Positions 8,193 to 18,954 of a DNA stretch of 28,887 nucleotides are shown one piece after another. A program made the translations under genes and the position numbers. How positions within the stretch are numbered: position 1 is the stretch's first letter; each line of letters begins with the position of its first letter. The notes under the pieces were generated by a model. It was not told the origin of the DNA and searched no databases. It saw only the letters and a program-made list of their open reading frames with translations. This DNA is from Brevibacterium luteolum (GTDB taxonomy: Bacteria; Actinomycetota; Actinomycetes; Actinomycetales; Brevibacteriaceae), in assembly GCF_013004595.1 (NCBI RefSeq), contig NZ_JABEMC010000006.1, positions 124,001 to 152,887 on the forward strand, in the 5' to 3' direction.

Positions 8193-10529
8193 TCAGAGCT
8201 GTGAGCGGCGGCGCACGGCGTAGACCGAGGCTACACCTGCACCGATGAGTGCCAGTGCGACACCGAGGGCGGTGGCGAGTTCGGCACCGGTGCGCGGCAG
8301 CCGGCCCTTGTCGTCCTTGCCCTTGCCGTCCTTGTCCTTGTCCTTGCCGTTGTCGTCCTTGTCCTTGCCGTCATCGGACGGGTCGTCGGAGGGCTCATCA
8401 CTCGGATCGTCAGACGGGTCATCGCTGGGGTCGTCAGACGGGTCATCGGACGGGTCATCCGAGGGGTCCTCTTCGGGCACCGTGACAGCTGCCTCGACCT
8501 CATGGATGAGCGGCATCGGGTTGTCATCCCAGAACGCGTGCTTCGGATCAGCTGTCAGGCTCACGGTGAACGGGTACTCACCGGGCTTGGTGCCCTCCGG
8601 TGCCGTGATGGTGAAGGGGTACTCCGAGTCCCCGGCGGGAATCTCGTCGATCCGTGCACCGGCTGCCTGCTGTGCGCCTTCCTCCGCACCCGCAGCGCCC
8701 TCGGCGGCGTGCTCACCGTAGTCGACGGTGAAGCCCTCAGGCAGGTCCTTGACCTCGAAGACGACCGGACCGGTGACCTTCTCCTTGGCCTTGAGAGCGA
8801 CCGCGAAGTTCATCGGCTTGTCCTCGCTGCCCTTGAGCGTCGCTTCGACGGTGCCGTTGCTGATGACGTCGAGCGCGGCGTCAGCCTGACGCTCCTTCTT
8901 GTCCGGGCTGACCGGCGTGTTCTCCTCGAAGTACTTCTGCCAGATCTCGAAATCGGTCATGCCCGACTGCTCGAAGGTTCCCTTGGCGAAGGACTCGAAG
9001 TTGTCACCACCGGCTGCCAGGAACGACAGCGTCGCGACCTTGTACTCCTTGCTCTCGTCAATCTGCTCGCCGTTGACGGTCACCGACTCGACGCGCTTGC
9101 CGGCTTCAGCCTCGGAGTTGTAGACGACGTTGAGCTCCTTGGAGATGCCCAGGTGCAGGAACGGGCGCGAGGCGCCCTCAGGCTGCCACTGCTCCTCGAA
9201 CAGCGCGATGACATCGGCGCCCTTGAGCGTGACGACACCGTGGTCATTGGCGAAGGGCAGCACGCCGTTGAGCTCGGCGACGGTGACTTCGCACTTCTCT
9301 TCGGTGTTGTAGATGTCATCGCACTTGAGGTCGGTGCGCAGACCGCCGGGGTTGGTGATGCCGAAGTCGGCTTCCCCGAGCTGGGTGTAGGACGCGCCCT
9401 CCTTGAGGGCATCGGCGACGAGGTTGCCCAGCGTCGATTCAGCTCCGCGGTCCTCCTTGTCGTCCTTCTCAGCCCGGGTGATGTCCTCGGTGATCTTCCC
9501 GACGACCTCCGAGCCCTTCTCCTTGGCGACCTCTTCGGCATCGGCGATGACCTTCTTGGCCTTCGTCACCCGCTCGGAGTCGTAGTCCACGCCCTTGGTC
9601 GGCAGCACCTCGTTGGTGTCCACGCTCCAGCTGCCGTCGCCTTCGGAGGTGAGGATGAGCTTCGAGACGGCCTTGGCGTAGTGATCCGCCTGGATGACCG
9701 GACGGGTGCGGTCGGTGCCGGGCACCGGCGCTTCGAGGGTCATCGGCTTGTGCGAGTGGCCGAAGTACAGCGCGTCGATCGAGGCGTCGGCCTTGTCGAC
9801 GAGGGTGGCGAACTCCTTGTTCGACGCACGCGCGCTGTCGATCGTATCGGTCTCCTCGGGGCCGAGGTGGGCCTGCACGATCGTGAGATCCGGCTTCTGC
9901 CCCTCAGGAAGCGCTTCGAGACGCTCGGCTTCGGTGTTGACGGCTTCGGTGGCGTCACCGAAATCGAGGTCTGCGATGCCGTCGGGTGCGACGAGGCTGG
10001 CGGTGTCCTGAGTGACGACACCGATGACGGCGATCTTCACGCCGTCGACCTCGTACTGGTGGCTGGCCGGCAGCTCCTCGAAGTGCTCCTTGGTGCCGTC
10101 CTTGTAGACGTTCGCGCCGAGGGTCGGGAAGTCGCTGCGCGGCACAACCCGGTTGCGCAGGTCGTCGAGCCCGCGGTCGAACTCGTGGTTGCCGACGGCT
10201 GAGGCGTCGAGGTCCAGCGCGTTGAGGTAGTCGATCGTCGGAGCGTCGTCCTGGGCAGAGGAGGTGTAGATCGATGCGCCGATGTTGTCGCCGGCTGACA
10301 GCAGCGTCGTAGCTGCCTCACCGCCGTCGAAGGCAGCGCGCTCACGCTCGATGACCGAAGCGGTGCCGATTCCATCACCGTTGAGGCGACCGTGGAAGTC
10401 GGCGATGCCCAGGATCTGGATCTTCTTGCCTTCTTCGACATCCGCGAGTGCCGGGAGGGCGCCGAGCGGCACCACCAGACCGGCAGCGGCTGTGGCGCCG
10501 ATGAGCAAGCGGGGGAGGGATGAAGTCAT
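8193..10529 (-). CDS. Sortase-anchored 5'-nucleotidase / calcineurin-like metallophosphoesterase (UshA-like)
   Basis: Signal peptide; metallophosphoesterase motifs ADFHG, AGDN, GNHEFD and GHSH; 5'-nucleotidase C-domain ESTLGNLVADA, NPGGLR, VLPF and FLAAGGDNF; C-terminal LPRTG, TM helix and RRR tail. Confidence 0.92.
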   Translation of the reverse strand: MTSSLPRLLIGATAAAGLVVPLGALPALADVEEGKKIQILGIADFHGRLNGDGIGTASVIERERAAFDGGEAATTLLSAGDNIGASIYTSSAQDDAPTIDYLNALDLDASAVGNHEFDRGLDDLRNRVVPRSDFPTLGANVYKDGTKEHFEELPASHQYEVDGVKIAVIGVVTQDTASLVAPDGIADLDFGDATEAVNTEAERLEALPEGQKPDLTIVQAHLGPEETDTIDSARASNKEFATLVDKADASIDALYFGHSHKPMTLEAPVPGTDRTRPVIQADHYAKAVSKLILTSEGDGSWSVDTNEVLPTKGVDYDSERVTKAKKVIADAEEVAKEKGSEVVGKITEDITRAEKDDKEDRGAESTLGNLVADALKEGASYTQLGEADFGITNPGGLRTDLKCDDIYNTEEKCEVTVAELNGVLPFANDHGVVTLKGADVIALFEEQWQPEGASRPFLHLGISKELNVVYNSEAEAGKRVESVTVNGEQIDESKEYKVATLSFLAAGGDNFESFAKGTFEQSGMTDFEIWQKYFEENTPVSPDKKERQADAALDVISNGTVEATLKGSEDKPMNFAVALKAKEKVTGPVVFEVKDLPEGFTVDYGEHAAEGAAGAEEGAQQAAGARIDEIPAGDSEYPFTITAPEGTKPGEYPFTVSLTADPKHAFWDDNPMPLIHEVEAAVTVPEEDPSDDPSDDPSDDPSDDPSDDPSDEPSDDPSDDGKDKDDNGKDKDKDGKGKDDKGRLPRTGAELATALGVALALIGAGVASVYAVRRRSQL
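8370..8468 (-). repeat. Coding 12-bp repeat encoding a (DPSD)n wall-spanning linker
   Basis: Translation EDPSDDPSDDPSDDPSDDPSDDPSDEPSDDPSDD followed by a K/D-rich stretch before LPRTG. Codons vary between units. Confidence 0.9.
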
Positions 10530-10719
10530 TTTCGTCCTTCGTCAGGTACCTGAATCGTCTCCGCGCCGGGCCCGCTCAGGGCCGGAGGCGCACCGTCCCA
10601 GCCTGCCGTCTGCCGATTGCGTGCCGGCGAACTGAAGCTGAACGCGCTGTGAAACACCCAGGTTCTTCGCATGGTCCAGGAATCACTCTTTCATAGACCT
10701 GGGCCGGCTGTAACCCCTC

Positions 10720-11646
10720 TCACACAGATGCGTCGGGTGATGCGTCGGCACCCGGATCGGGGCCGGCACCCGGTTCGGTGTCGCGGCGGGCGCGGGTGCG
10801 CTCAGCGCGGGCCCGCCATTCCCGAGGCGGCGGGTACTCGACGTGCTCCATCACCAGGCCGTGGGCGGGGGTGACGAACATCGGGCCGAGGTCGGTGTCG
10901 CCTGCCTCGGCGCGGGCGATGAGCTCGGCCGGCCGGGTGGCCGGCCAGGCGCCGGTGCCGACCTTCATGAGCCCGCCGACGAGCGCTCGGACCATGTGGT
11001 GGCAGAAGGCGTCAGCGCGCAGGTCGATGACGATGATGCCCTCAGCATCGCGGGTGACGCTGCACTCGAGCAGGGTGCGGATCGTCGTCGATTCCGGGCG
11101 CGGCTTGCAGAAGGGCAGGAAGTCGTGCAGGCCGAGGATCTCCTGGGCCGCGGTGTGCATCGCCGCAGAATCGAGGCGCTCCTTCGACACGGTCGTGTGT
11201 CCGGCGGCCAGCGGGTCGAGGAAGGAGTGGGGGTCGGCGATCCGGTACGTGTAGCGGCGCGAGACCGCAGCGAAGCGGGCATCGAAGGCGGCATCGACCT
11301 CGCTGGCGGCGTGGACGACGATGTCGTCGGCGCCCAGATGGCGCAGCGCCCCGCGCAGCCGGGCGGCCAGCGCATCACCGACGGTGCGGTCGGAACGGCC
11401 GATGAGCCGGGTCGCGATCGCATCGGTGATGTCGAGGTGGACGACCTGCCGGCGGGCATGCACACCGGCATCGGTGCGCCCGGCCACGACGGTGCGCACC
11501 GGGGTGCCGCAGATCATCTCCAGTCCCGCTTCGATGAGACCCTGCACGGTGCGGGCCTCAGGCTGGCGGGCCCAGCCGTGGAAGTCTGTGCCCCGGTAGC
11601 CGAGGTCGAGGCGGATCCGCCTGCGCGACTCCGCTTCGGCGCTCAC
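10720..11646 (-). CDS. truA: tRNA pseudouridine(38-40) synthase
   Basis: YRGTDFHGWARQ, AGRTDAGVHA (catalytic Asp), FDARF and FCHHMVR motifs. The GTG start overlaps the LemA stop. Confidence 0.95.
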   Translation of the reverse strand: MSAEAESRRRIRLDLGYRGTDFHGWARQPEARTVQGLIEAGLEMICGTPVRTVVAGRTDAGVHARRQVVHLDITDAIATRLIGRSDRTVGDALAARLRGALRHLGADDIVVHAASEVDAAFDARFAAVSRRYTYRIADPHSFLDPLAAGHTTVSKERLDSAAMHTAAQEILGLHDFLPFCKPRPESTTIRTLLECSVTRDAEGIIVIDLRADAFCHHMVRALVGGLMKVGTGAWPATRPAELIARAEAGDTDLGPMFVTPAHGLVMEHVEYPPPREWRARAERTRARRDTEPGAGPDPGADASPDASV

Positions 11647-12287
11647 CGGCCCTCGCTCAGCCGGCCGGGCCGGTAGTCGGGATCGCTGCTGGGCACGATG
11701 TCCTGGGAGTCGGTGTCGAGGTCGAGGTCGAGCTCGGAGTACGGCACCGGAGTGAACTCCGGGAAGCGGCGGGGCATGAGCACCGGCAGCACCCCGCGCC
11801 GGCGCCTGCGGTAGCGGGCGACGTTGGCGTTGTAGTAGCGGGAGTCAGCGGCGATGCGCGATTCGACGACGCACATCTGGATGAACAGCGCACGGGCGAC
11901 GTACTCGGCATCCGAGGCTGACTCCCCATAAGCGACCTGCTGGGTGCCGAGGCGCTGGTGCAGCTGCGCAAGAGCCACGGTGAGCTGCTCTTCAGCCGCG
12001 CCCACCGCCTCGGGCCCGGCCGCCTGGCGAGCGGCGGCGAAGGCATCGCCGACCGCATCGACCCGGGCGCGCAGCTGCGGGTTCTCCTCGACCAGCGCCG
12101 CACACGATTCGAGGAAGGAGGGGATGAGGGAGCGGCGCTCGTGGATGTCGGCGCTCAGCTGCCGGTGCCCCTCCGCGCACAGGTCGCGGGCGAGGCTGAG
12201 CTGGTTGAACCGGATGACGAGGATGACGACCGCGACGAAGATGAGCAGGCAGGCCAGTGCGGCCAGCCACCACAGCAGCGTCGGCAT
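11643..12287 (-). CDS. LemA-family protein
   Basis: N-terminal TM helix then FNQL...ERRSLIP...ESRIAADSRYYNANVARY, matching the LemA pattern. ATG 12287 follows GAGGAAAGGA. Confidence 0.7.
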   Translation of the reverse strand: MPTLLWWLAALACLLIFVAVVILVIRFNQLSLARDLCAEGHRQLSADIHERRSLIPSFLESCAALVEENPQLRARVDAVGDAFAAARQAAGPEAVGAAEEQLTVALAQLHQRLGTQQVAYGESASDAEYVARALFIQMCVVESRIAADSRYYNANVARYRRRRRGVLPVLMPRRFPEFTPVPYSELDLDLDTDSQDIVPSSDPDYRPGRLSEGR

Positions 12288-12480
12288 CGTGTTCCTTTCC
12301 TCAAACCTCGAGAATGCGCCGGCGCACCGCACCCCCGGCCGTGTGCATCGCCGGCTGGCAGGAATGGCGCCGCCAACAGTTTACCCCGAGTTCGCCTGGA
12401 CCTCCGGGCTTCGTCTGGTGTTGCCCGACACGTCACATCATGGCCGCACGAGCGTCACGCACACCCGGTGCACTGGAATC

Positions 12481-13656
12481 ATGCGCGTCGCTATCCTGGC
12501 CGAATCATTCCTCCCGCACATGAACGGGGTGACCCATTCGCTGCTGCGGGTGCTCGATCACCTCGCCGACCGCAGCGACGACGTCCTCGTCATCGCCCCC
12601 GGCACCAAACGCGACAGACCCCACGAGGTGGCCGGTGCGCCGATCGTGCGCGTACCCTCCTTCGCACTGCCGAAGTACCGGCGCGTGCGCGTGGCCCCCG
12701 GCGGTGTCGCGCGAATCCGCCGGCTGCTCGCCGAGTTCGAACCCGATGTCGTGCACCTGGCCTCCCCGTTCGTGCTCGGCTGGCGCGGCGTGCTCGCCTG
12801 CCAGGACCTCGGGCTTCCCTCGGTGGCCGTCTACCAGACCGAGGTGCCGGCCTACGCCGCCCGCTACGGCATGCACGGGCTGGAGCAGATGCTGTGGCAT
12901 CACGTGCGCAACATCCACCAGCATGCCTCGCTCACCCTCGTGCCCTCCAGCTACGCCGCCGGCCAGCTGACCTCCCACGGAGTCGGCACGGTGCGCACCT
13001 GGGCGCGCGGCGTCGACGCCGGCCGCTTCGACCCGAGCCGCCGCAGCGAAGCCTGGCGGCAGACGGTCGCCCCGAACGGTGAGAAGATCATCGGCTTCGT
13101 CGGCCGGCTCGCGGTGGAGAAGCAGGTCGAGGATCTCGCGGTGCTCGCCGGCGACCCGTCGCTCAAGCTCGTCATCGTCGGCGAGGGCCCGCAGAAGAAG
13201 CGCCTCCAGCAGGTGCTGCCCGGCGCCCACTTCACCGGGTTCCTCGGCGGCGACGCACTCGCCCAGGCGGTCGCGAGCTTCGACGTCATGGTCGCCCCCG
13301 GTGAGCTGGAGACCTTCTGCCAGACGATCCAGGAGGCGATGGCCTCAGCCGTGCCGGTCGTCGCACCGGCCCGCGGCGGCCCCCTCGACCTCGTCGACTC
13401 CTCGCGCACCGGCTGGCTCTACCAGCCCGGCGACCTGCGAGCGCTGCGCGGTCACGTCCGCGACCTCGCCGGCGATGACGCCAAGCGCCGCGCCTTCGGC
13501 CAGACCGCCCGCGCCACCGTCCTCGGCCGGTCCTGGAAGTCTGTGTGCTCCCAGCTCATCGGCCACTACGCTGCGGCGATCGAGAATCCCGCCCCGCAGG
13601 TCATCGGCCGCTCCGGGGTGGGTGCGCCCCGCTGGGCGCAGGATCGCGTCGGCTGA
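12481..13656 (+). CDS. GT4 glycosyltransferase, MgtA/PimB-like GDP-mannose-dependent alpha-mannosyltransferase
   Basis: MRVAILAESFLPHMNGVTHS N-terminus, VHLASP, FVGRLAVEK and the E-X7-E motif ETFCQTIQE. The ORF-track start at 11944 overlaps lemA and is over-extended. Confidence 0.88.
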   Translation: MRVAILAESFLPHMNGVTHSLLRVLDHLADRSDDVLVIAPGTKRDRPHEVAGAPIVRVPSFALPKYRRVRVAPGGVARIRRLLAEFEPDVVHLASPFVLGWRGVLACQDLGLPSVAVYQTEVPAYAARYGMHGLEQMLWHHVRNIHQHASLTLVPSSYAAGQLTSHGVGTVRTWARGVDAGRFDPSRRSEAWRQTVAPNGEKIIGFVGRLAVEKQVEDLAVLAGDPSLKLVIVGEGPQKKRLQQVLPGAHFTGFLGGDALAQAVASFDVMVAPGELETFCQTIQEAMASAVPVVAPARGGPLDLVDSSRTGWLYQPGDLRALRGHVRDLAGDDAKRRAFGQTARATVLGRSWKSVCSQLIGHYAAAIENPAPQVIGRSGVGAPRWAQDRVG

Positions 13657-13659
13657 GTC

Positions 13660-13680
13660 CCACCGTCGCCGAGGCGGTGG
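13660..13680. terminator. Short hairpin between convergent GT4 and bioN
   Basis: CCACCGTC / GGCGGTGG stem with one G-U pair, immediately after the GT4 stop. Confidence 0.4.
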
Positions 13681-13700
13681 TTCAGTCCCCGGCCGGCGGC

Positions 13701-14315
13701 TCAGTCCCCGAGTCCGCGGGCGTCGAGTGCCCGGCCGGTGTCCTGGGCGAACTTCACCGCACCGAGCACCACGGGCACTGAGCGTGCCCGGATGCTGCGC
13801 TCCAGCCCGCGCGCCCGCGCGGCATCCGCTGACTGCCCGACGAGCTGGGCCATGAACGGGATCGAGCGCACCGTCAGTGCGGCGGTCAGCGCGACTCGCT
13901 CGGCGTCGATGCCGAGGAATCGCAGCGGGCGGACGAGCACTGCGAAGGCCTCGAGCAGCTGGCCGATCGACGAGGTGAGCATGAGCAGCCCGGCGGCCTG
14001 GACGCACACGATGAGCTTCGACACCATCGCCAGCGCTTGAGCGGCATCACTGACGATGAGGTGGAAGGCGATGATGAGGGCGACGAAGATCCAGATCGCC
14101 CGCAGCGGGGAGAGCACCTGGCCCAGCCGCAGCCGCGAGGTCAGCCCGCAGGCGAGCAGGACTGCGAAGACACAGGCGTCCACAGCCGGATTGCGCAGGG
14201 CGAGCACGACGACGCTGATCGCTGCGACTGCCCCGAGTTTGAGCAGCACCGGGGTGCGATGCAGCCAGCCGCCGGTGGGCACATAGGTGCCGAAGAACCG
14301 CGACTGTCGTCTCAT
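13701..14315 (-). CDS. bioN: ECF transporter transmembrane (T) component, BioN-like
   Basis: LHRTP..LKL N-terminus, TM helices, ARARG and LDARG motifs. Start overlaps the ATPase stop; third gene of the bioY operon. Confidence 0.85.
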   Translation of the reverse strand: MRRQSRFFGTYVPTGGWLHRTPVLLKLGAVAAISVVVLALRNPAVDACVFAVLLACGLTSRLRLGQVLSPLRAIWIFVALIIAFHLIVSDAAQALAMVSKLIVCVQAAGLLMLTSSIGQLLEAFAVLVRPLRFLGIDAERVALTAALTVRSIPFMAQLVGQSADAARARGLERSIRARSVPVVLGAVKFAQDTGRALDARGLGD

Positions 14316-15142
14316 GCCTGCTCCTCGCCCGAGGCGGTGGTCCCGTCTGTGGGGCGGCGGGCTGCCGAGACGGTGGCAGCGATGAGCTGCCGGTAGGCGG
14401 CAACCGCCTCGGCCGGGGCGGTGTCGGAGACGATCCGGCCGTCATGGAGCACCAGGGTGCGTTCGGCATCACATGCGAAGTCGAGGTCGTGGGTGGAGAC
14501 GATGAGCTGCACACCGCGGCGGGCGGCGAGATCGTCGAGGGTGGCGCGCAGCAGCTCCCGGTTGGCCAGATCGAGCAGCGTCGTCGGCTCATCGAGCACC
14601 AGCACCGTCGGGGAGACCGCGAGCACGCTGGCCAGAGCGACGAGCTGTCGCTGGCCGGAGGACAGTTCGTAGATGGAGCGTTCGGCCAGATCCTCGACAC
14701 CGAACTCTGCAAGTGCCTCGACGGCTGCCTGCCGGCAGGCGTCCTTGTCGCGGATGCGCCGCTTGAGGGAGAGTTCGACGTCTTCGACCGGGGTCGGCAT
14801 GACGAGCTGAGCGGCCGGATCGGAGAAGACGAATCCGACCTCCCGGCGCACGGCAGCCCCATCATCGACGGTGTCGAGGTCGCCGAGGCGCACGCGCCCG
14901 CGGGTGGGTGTCGTCAGCCCGTTGATGAGCTGGAGGAATGTCGACTTGCCCGAACCGTTGGCACCGATGACGCTGATGCGCTGTTCGCGCAGCGTCAGGG
15001 TGAGGTCGGTGAGCAGGGTGCGGGTGCGCAGCCGGCTGCTGACAGGATCCATGTCCTCGACGGTGACGGCGACATCGTCGAACACGACGCCGGCCCGGGC
15101 CCTGTCCTGGGGCCCGGGCACCGGAGCGTGTCGGTCGATCAT
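14312..15142 (-). CDS. bioM: ECF transporter ATPase, BioM-like
   Basis: Walker A GANGSGKST, signature LSSGQRQ, Walker B LVLDEPT and STHD. Lies between bioY and the T component. Confidence 0.88.
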   Translation of the reverse strand: MIDRHAPVPGPQDRARAGVVFDDVAVTVEDMDPVSSRLRTRTLLTDLTLTLREQRISVIGANGSGKSTFLQLINGLTTPTRGRVRLGDLDTVDDGAAVRREVGFVFSDPAAQLVMPTPVEDVELSLKRRIRDKDACRQAAVEALAEFGVEDLAERSIYELSSGQRQLVALASVLAVSPTVLVLDEPTTLLDLANRELLRATLDDLAARRGVQLIVSTHDLDFACDAERTLVLHDGRIVSDTAPAEAVAAYRQLIAATVSAARRPTDGTTASGEEQA

Positions 15143-15146
15143 CTGG

Positions 15147-15770
15147 TCAGCGCCTCACGAGGATGCTGGGGAAGGCGCGGTGGATGAGCAGGGCGAGTGA
15201 GGCAGCGACGATGTTCTTGACGACATCTCCGGGCCAGTACGGCAGATCGGCGACGAACGCGGCCGAGAGCGGGATGCCGGCGTTGAGCGAGATGCCGAGG
15301 ATGCCCAGCGGGTGGGTGGTGAGGAAGCTGGCGATCAGCCCGCCGATGAACAGAGTGGCCCACAGTCTGCCGCCGGTCATCCGCTTGACCGCCCAGCTGG
15401 CGACGGCACCGGCGAGCAGCGCGAAGAGCGGGAAGGCGATGAGGTAGCCGGCGGTCGGCCCGGCGAGCACGCCGAGACCGCCGGAGAAGCCGGCGAAGAT
15501 CGGCAGCCCGATGAGCCCGAGCACCAGATAGAGCAGGGTAGCGAGGAAACCGCGCAGCGGGCCGAGTGTCAGCCCGGTCAGCCCGATGACGAGGGTCTGC
15601 AGGGTGATCGGCACACCGACGTTGCCGACCGGGATCGGCGGGGTCATCGCGAAAGCGGCGATGAGCGCGGCGAACACCGCGATGAGAGCGACGTCCGTCG
15701 ACGTGAAGCGGCGCGCCGGCCGGCGGGTGCCGGATGCCTCGGCGGCACCGGAGGTGGCAGAAGAGGTCAT
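15147..15770 (-). CDS. bioY: Biotin ECF substrate-binding component
   Basis: VPITLQT, YLVLGLIGLPIFAG, GPTAGYL and PGDVVK are BioY signatures. Confidence 0.93.
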   Translation of the reverse strand: MTSSATSGAAEASGTRRPARRFTSTDVALIAVFAALIAAFAMTPPIPVGNVGVPITLQTLVIGLTGLTLGPLRGFLATLLYLVLGLIGLPIFAGFSGGLGVLAGPTAGYLIAFPLFALLAGAVASWAVKRMTGGRLWATLFIGGLIASFLTTHPLGILGISLNAGIPLSAAFVADLPYWPGDVVKNIVAASLALLIHRAFPSILVRR

Positions 15771-15819
15771 GGAGACTCCAGTCTGTTCTCAGTCAGGATG
15801 CAAACCAGAACACCATAGC

Positions 15820-15832
15820 TGAACACTGTTCA
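15820..15832. promoter_or_regulatory. BioQ-type operator upstream of bioYMN
   Basis: Perfect TGAAC-ACT-GTTCA palindrome 50 bp upstream of the bioY start. It matches the TGAAC-N3-GTTCA site known for the actinobacterial TetR-type biotin repressor BioQ. Confidence 0.8.
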
Positions 15833-15905
15833 TCTCTGTGCGATGGGCACAGCCGAACGGTCCCTGCGCTGGCGGTCGCGCACACCAGCTGCCTGCTGGA
15901 GCTGA

Positions 15906-17531
<1,626 letters not shown>

Positions 17532-17565
17532 GTGCTCAATCCTAATGTGCTTGGCGACTGCGGGG

Positions 17566-18036
17566 TCAGCCCTCGACAGGGGCGACGACGACGGCGGCGT
17601 CGAGTTCGTGCTGGACGCGGTGGTGGACACGGCGCTCAAGGATGAAGGACATGACCGGGACGACACCGGCCAGGGCCATGAGCAGCAGCCGGCTGAGCTT
17701 CCAGCGCATCGTCTGGTTCAGCCACAGGCACGAGATGAGGTAGACGACGTAGCACCAGCCGTGGCTGATGGCGATCGCGGCGGCGAGGTTGAAGTTGCCG
17801 ATCATGAGCGCCTGGGAGGCGTCGCCGTTCATGATGAGCCCGACGATGATGTACTTGTAGATCATCTCGACGGTGAGGATGAGCAGCAGGGTGCCGGTGA
17901 TGATCGCCATGACCCGGTAGAAGCGCGAGGCGTTGAGCGCTGAGGTGTAGCGGCTGTAGAGCCAGACGTTGTCATCGGACAGGTCGGGCCGGGCGTCGTC
18001 GGGGTGCTGGCGGGCATCATGGGGGTCAGTGACCAT
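17566..18036 (-). CDS. DUF3817-like membrane protein
   Basis: [17 protein letters not shown]...HGWCYVVYL...RW...[15 protein letters not shown]. The position between SURF1 and guaA is typical of Micrococcales. Start is ATG 18036 (GTG 18033 possible). Confidence 0.8.
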   Translation of the reverse strand: MVTDPHDARQHPDDARPDLSDDNVWLYSRYTSALNASRFYRVMAIITGTLLLILTVEMIYKYIIVGLIMNGDASQALMIGNFNLAAAIAISHGWCYVVYLISCLWLNQTMRWKLSRLLLMALAGVVPVMSFILERRVHHRVQHELDAAVVVAPVEG

Positions 18037-18922
18037 CGGTGTCCTTCGTCGGGTGCTGCTGAGGCTGCGCGTCCTGGCCGGGCCGACTCGCTCCGGCGGG
18101 CTTGACGACCACATAGTCTACTGTCTTCCCGGCCGCGGCGCGCTGCTGGGCGAGGTAGGCGTCGCGCAGCAGACGCCACCAGATGTAGAACGCGAATCCG
18201 GCGAAGAACAGCCATTCGAGGGCATAGACACCGGACTGCAGGTCGAAGCCGCCGGATTCGTCTGCGTTGAGGTCCACGCGGGTGAGCCCATCGGCCGCTG
18301 CTGAGGCGCCGGGCCCGGTGTCCTGTTCGGGGAAGAGATAGCCGGAGTAGGTGTAGACGTCGAAGAGGTTGACCAGCTGCGAGGTCGACACGGTGCGCAC
18401 CTGCCCGGCTGGCAGGCCCTCGGTCGATTCGGGTCCTTCGATCGGGCCGAGCCGGGCGGTCATCTCGACCGCACCGTCCTTGGCACGCGAGTTCATCGCC
18501 GCCTCTTCGTTCTCCACCCAGCCGCGCACCACGGGGATGGCGATCGGGCGGGTCTCATCCGCCTCGGCGCCGGTGAGCTGGGCGTCCTCGCCGATCGTCG
18601 CGCCGTCGGGGGCGAACATCGTGACGACCCAGAAGCCCTCGGTGCCGTCGTGGTAGCGGCCGGTGACGACGACCTGCGCATCGGGCAGGTAGTGGCCGGT
18701 GAGCGTCACTCGCTGGTCGGCGACGAGCCCGGGCTGCGGGACCTGGGCTTGGACGACCTCGTTGAAGTCCTTGACGGTTTCGATGTCCTGGGAGCTGATG
18801 GCGTCGTTCTTGTGCTGGGCGCGGTTGAGCTGCCAGTAGGACAGCCCGACGAAGACGGTGGCGAGCAGCAGGACGAGGGCGAGGAAGCCCATCCAGCGTG
18901 GGGTGAAGGCGAGTCGGAGCAT
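18026..18922 (-). CDS. SURF1-family protein
   Basis: N-terminal TM with LSYWQLNRA, then GFWVVT, VVRGW and C-terminal YALEWLFFAGFAFYIW. Confidence 0.85.
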   Translation of the reverse strand: MLRLAFTPRWMGFLALVLLLATVFVGLSYWQLNRAQHKNDAISSQDIETVKDFNEVVQAQVPQPGLVADQRVTLTGHYLPDAQVVVTGRYHDGTEGFWVVTMFAPDGATIGEDAQLTGAEADETRPIAIPVVRGWVENEEAAMNSRAKDGAVEMTARLGPIEGPESTEGLPAGQVRTVSTSQLVNLFDVYTYSGYLFPEQDTGPGASAAADGLTRVDLNADESGGFDLQSGVYALEWLFFAGFAFYIWWRLLRDAYLAQQRAAAGKTVDYVVVKPAGASRPGQDAQPQQHPTKDTDGH

Positions 18923-18954
18923 ACGGATCGCTCAGCGCTGTGCGGCGCGCCGGC

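Noticed and set aside
8502..10202. 566-aa plus-strand ORF and the many other long overlapping ORFs (e.g. 1098..1913, 16107..16922, 18940..19800, 24660..25739)
   Set aside because: These are antisense or alternate-frame shadows of well-supported genes, expected in high-GC DNA, with no recognisable motifs.
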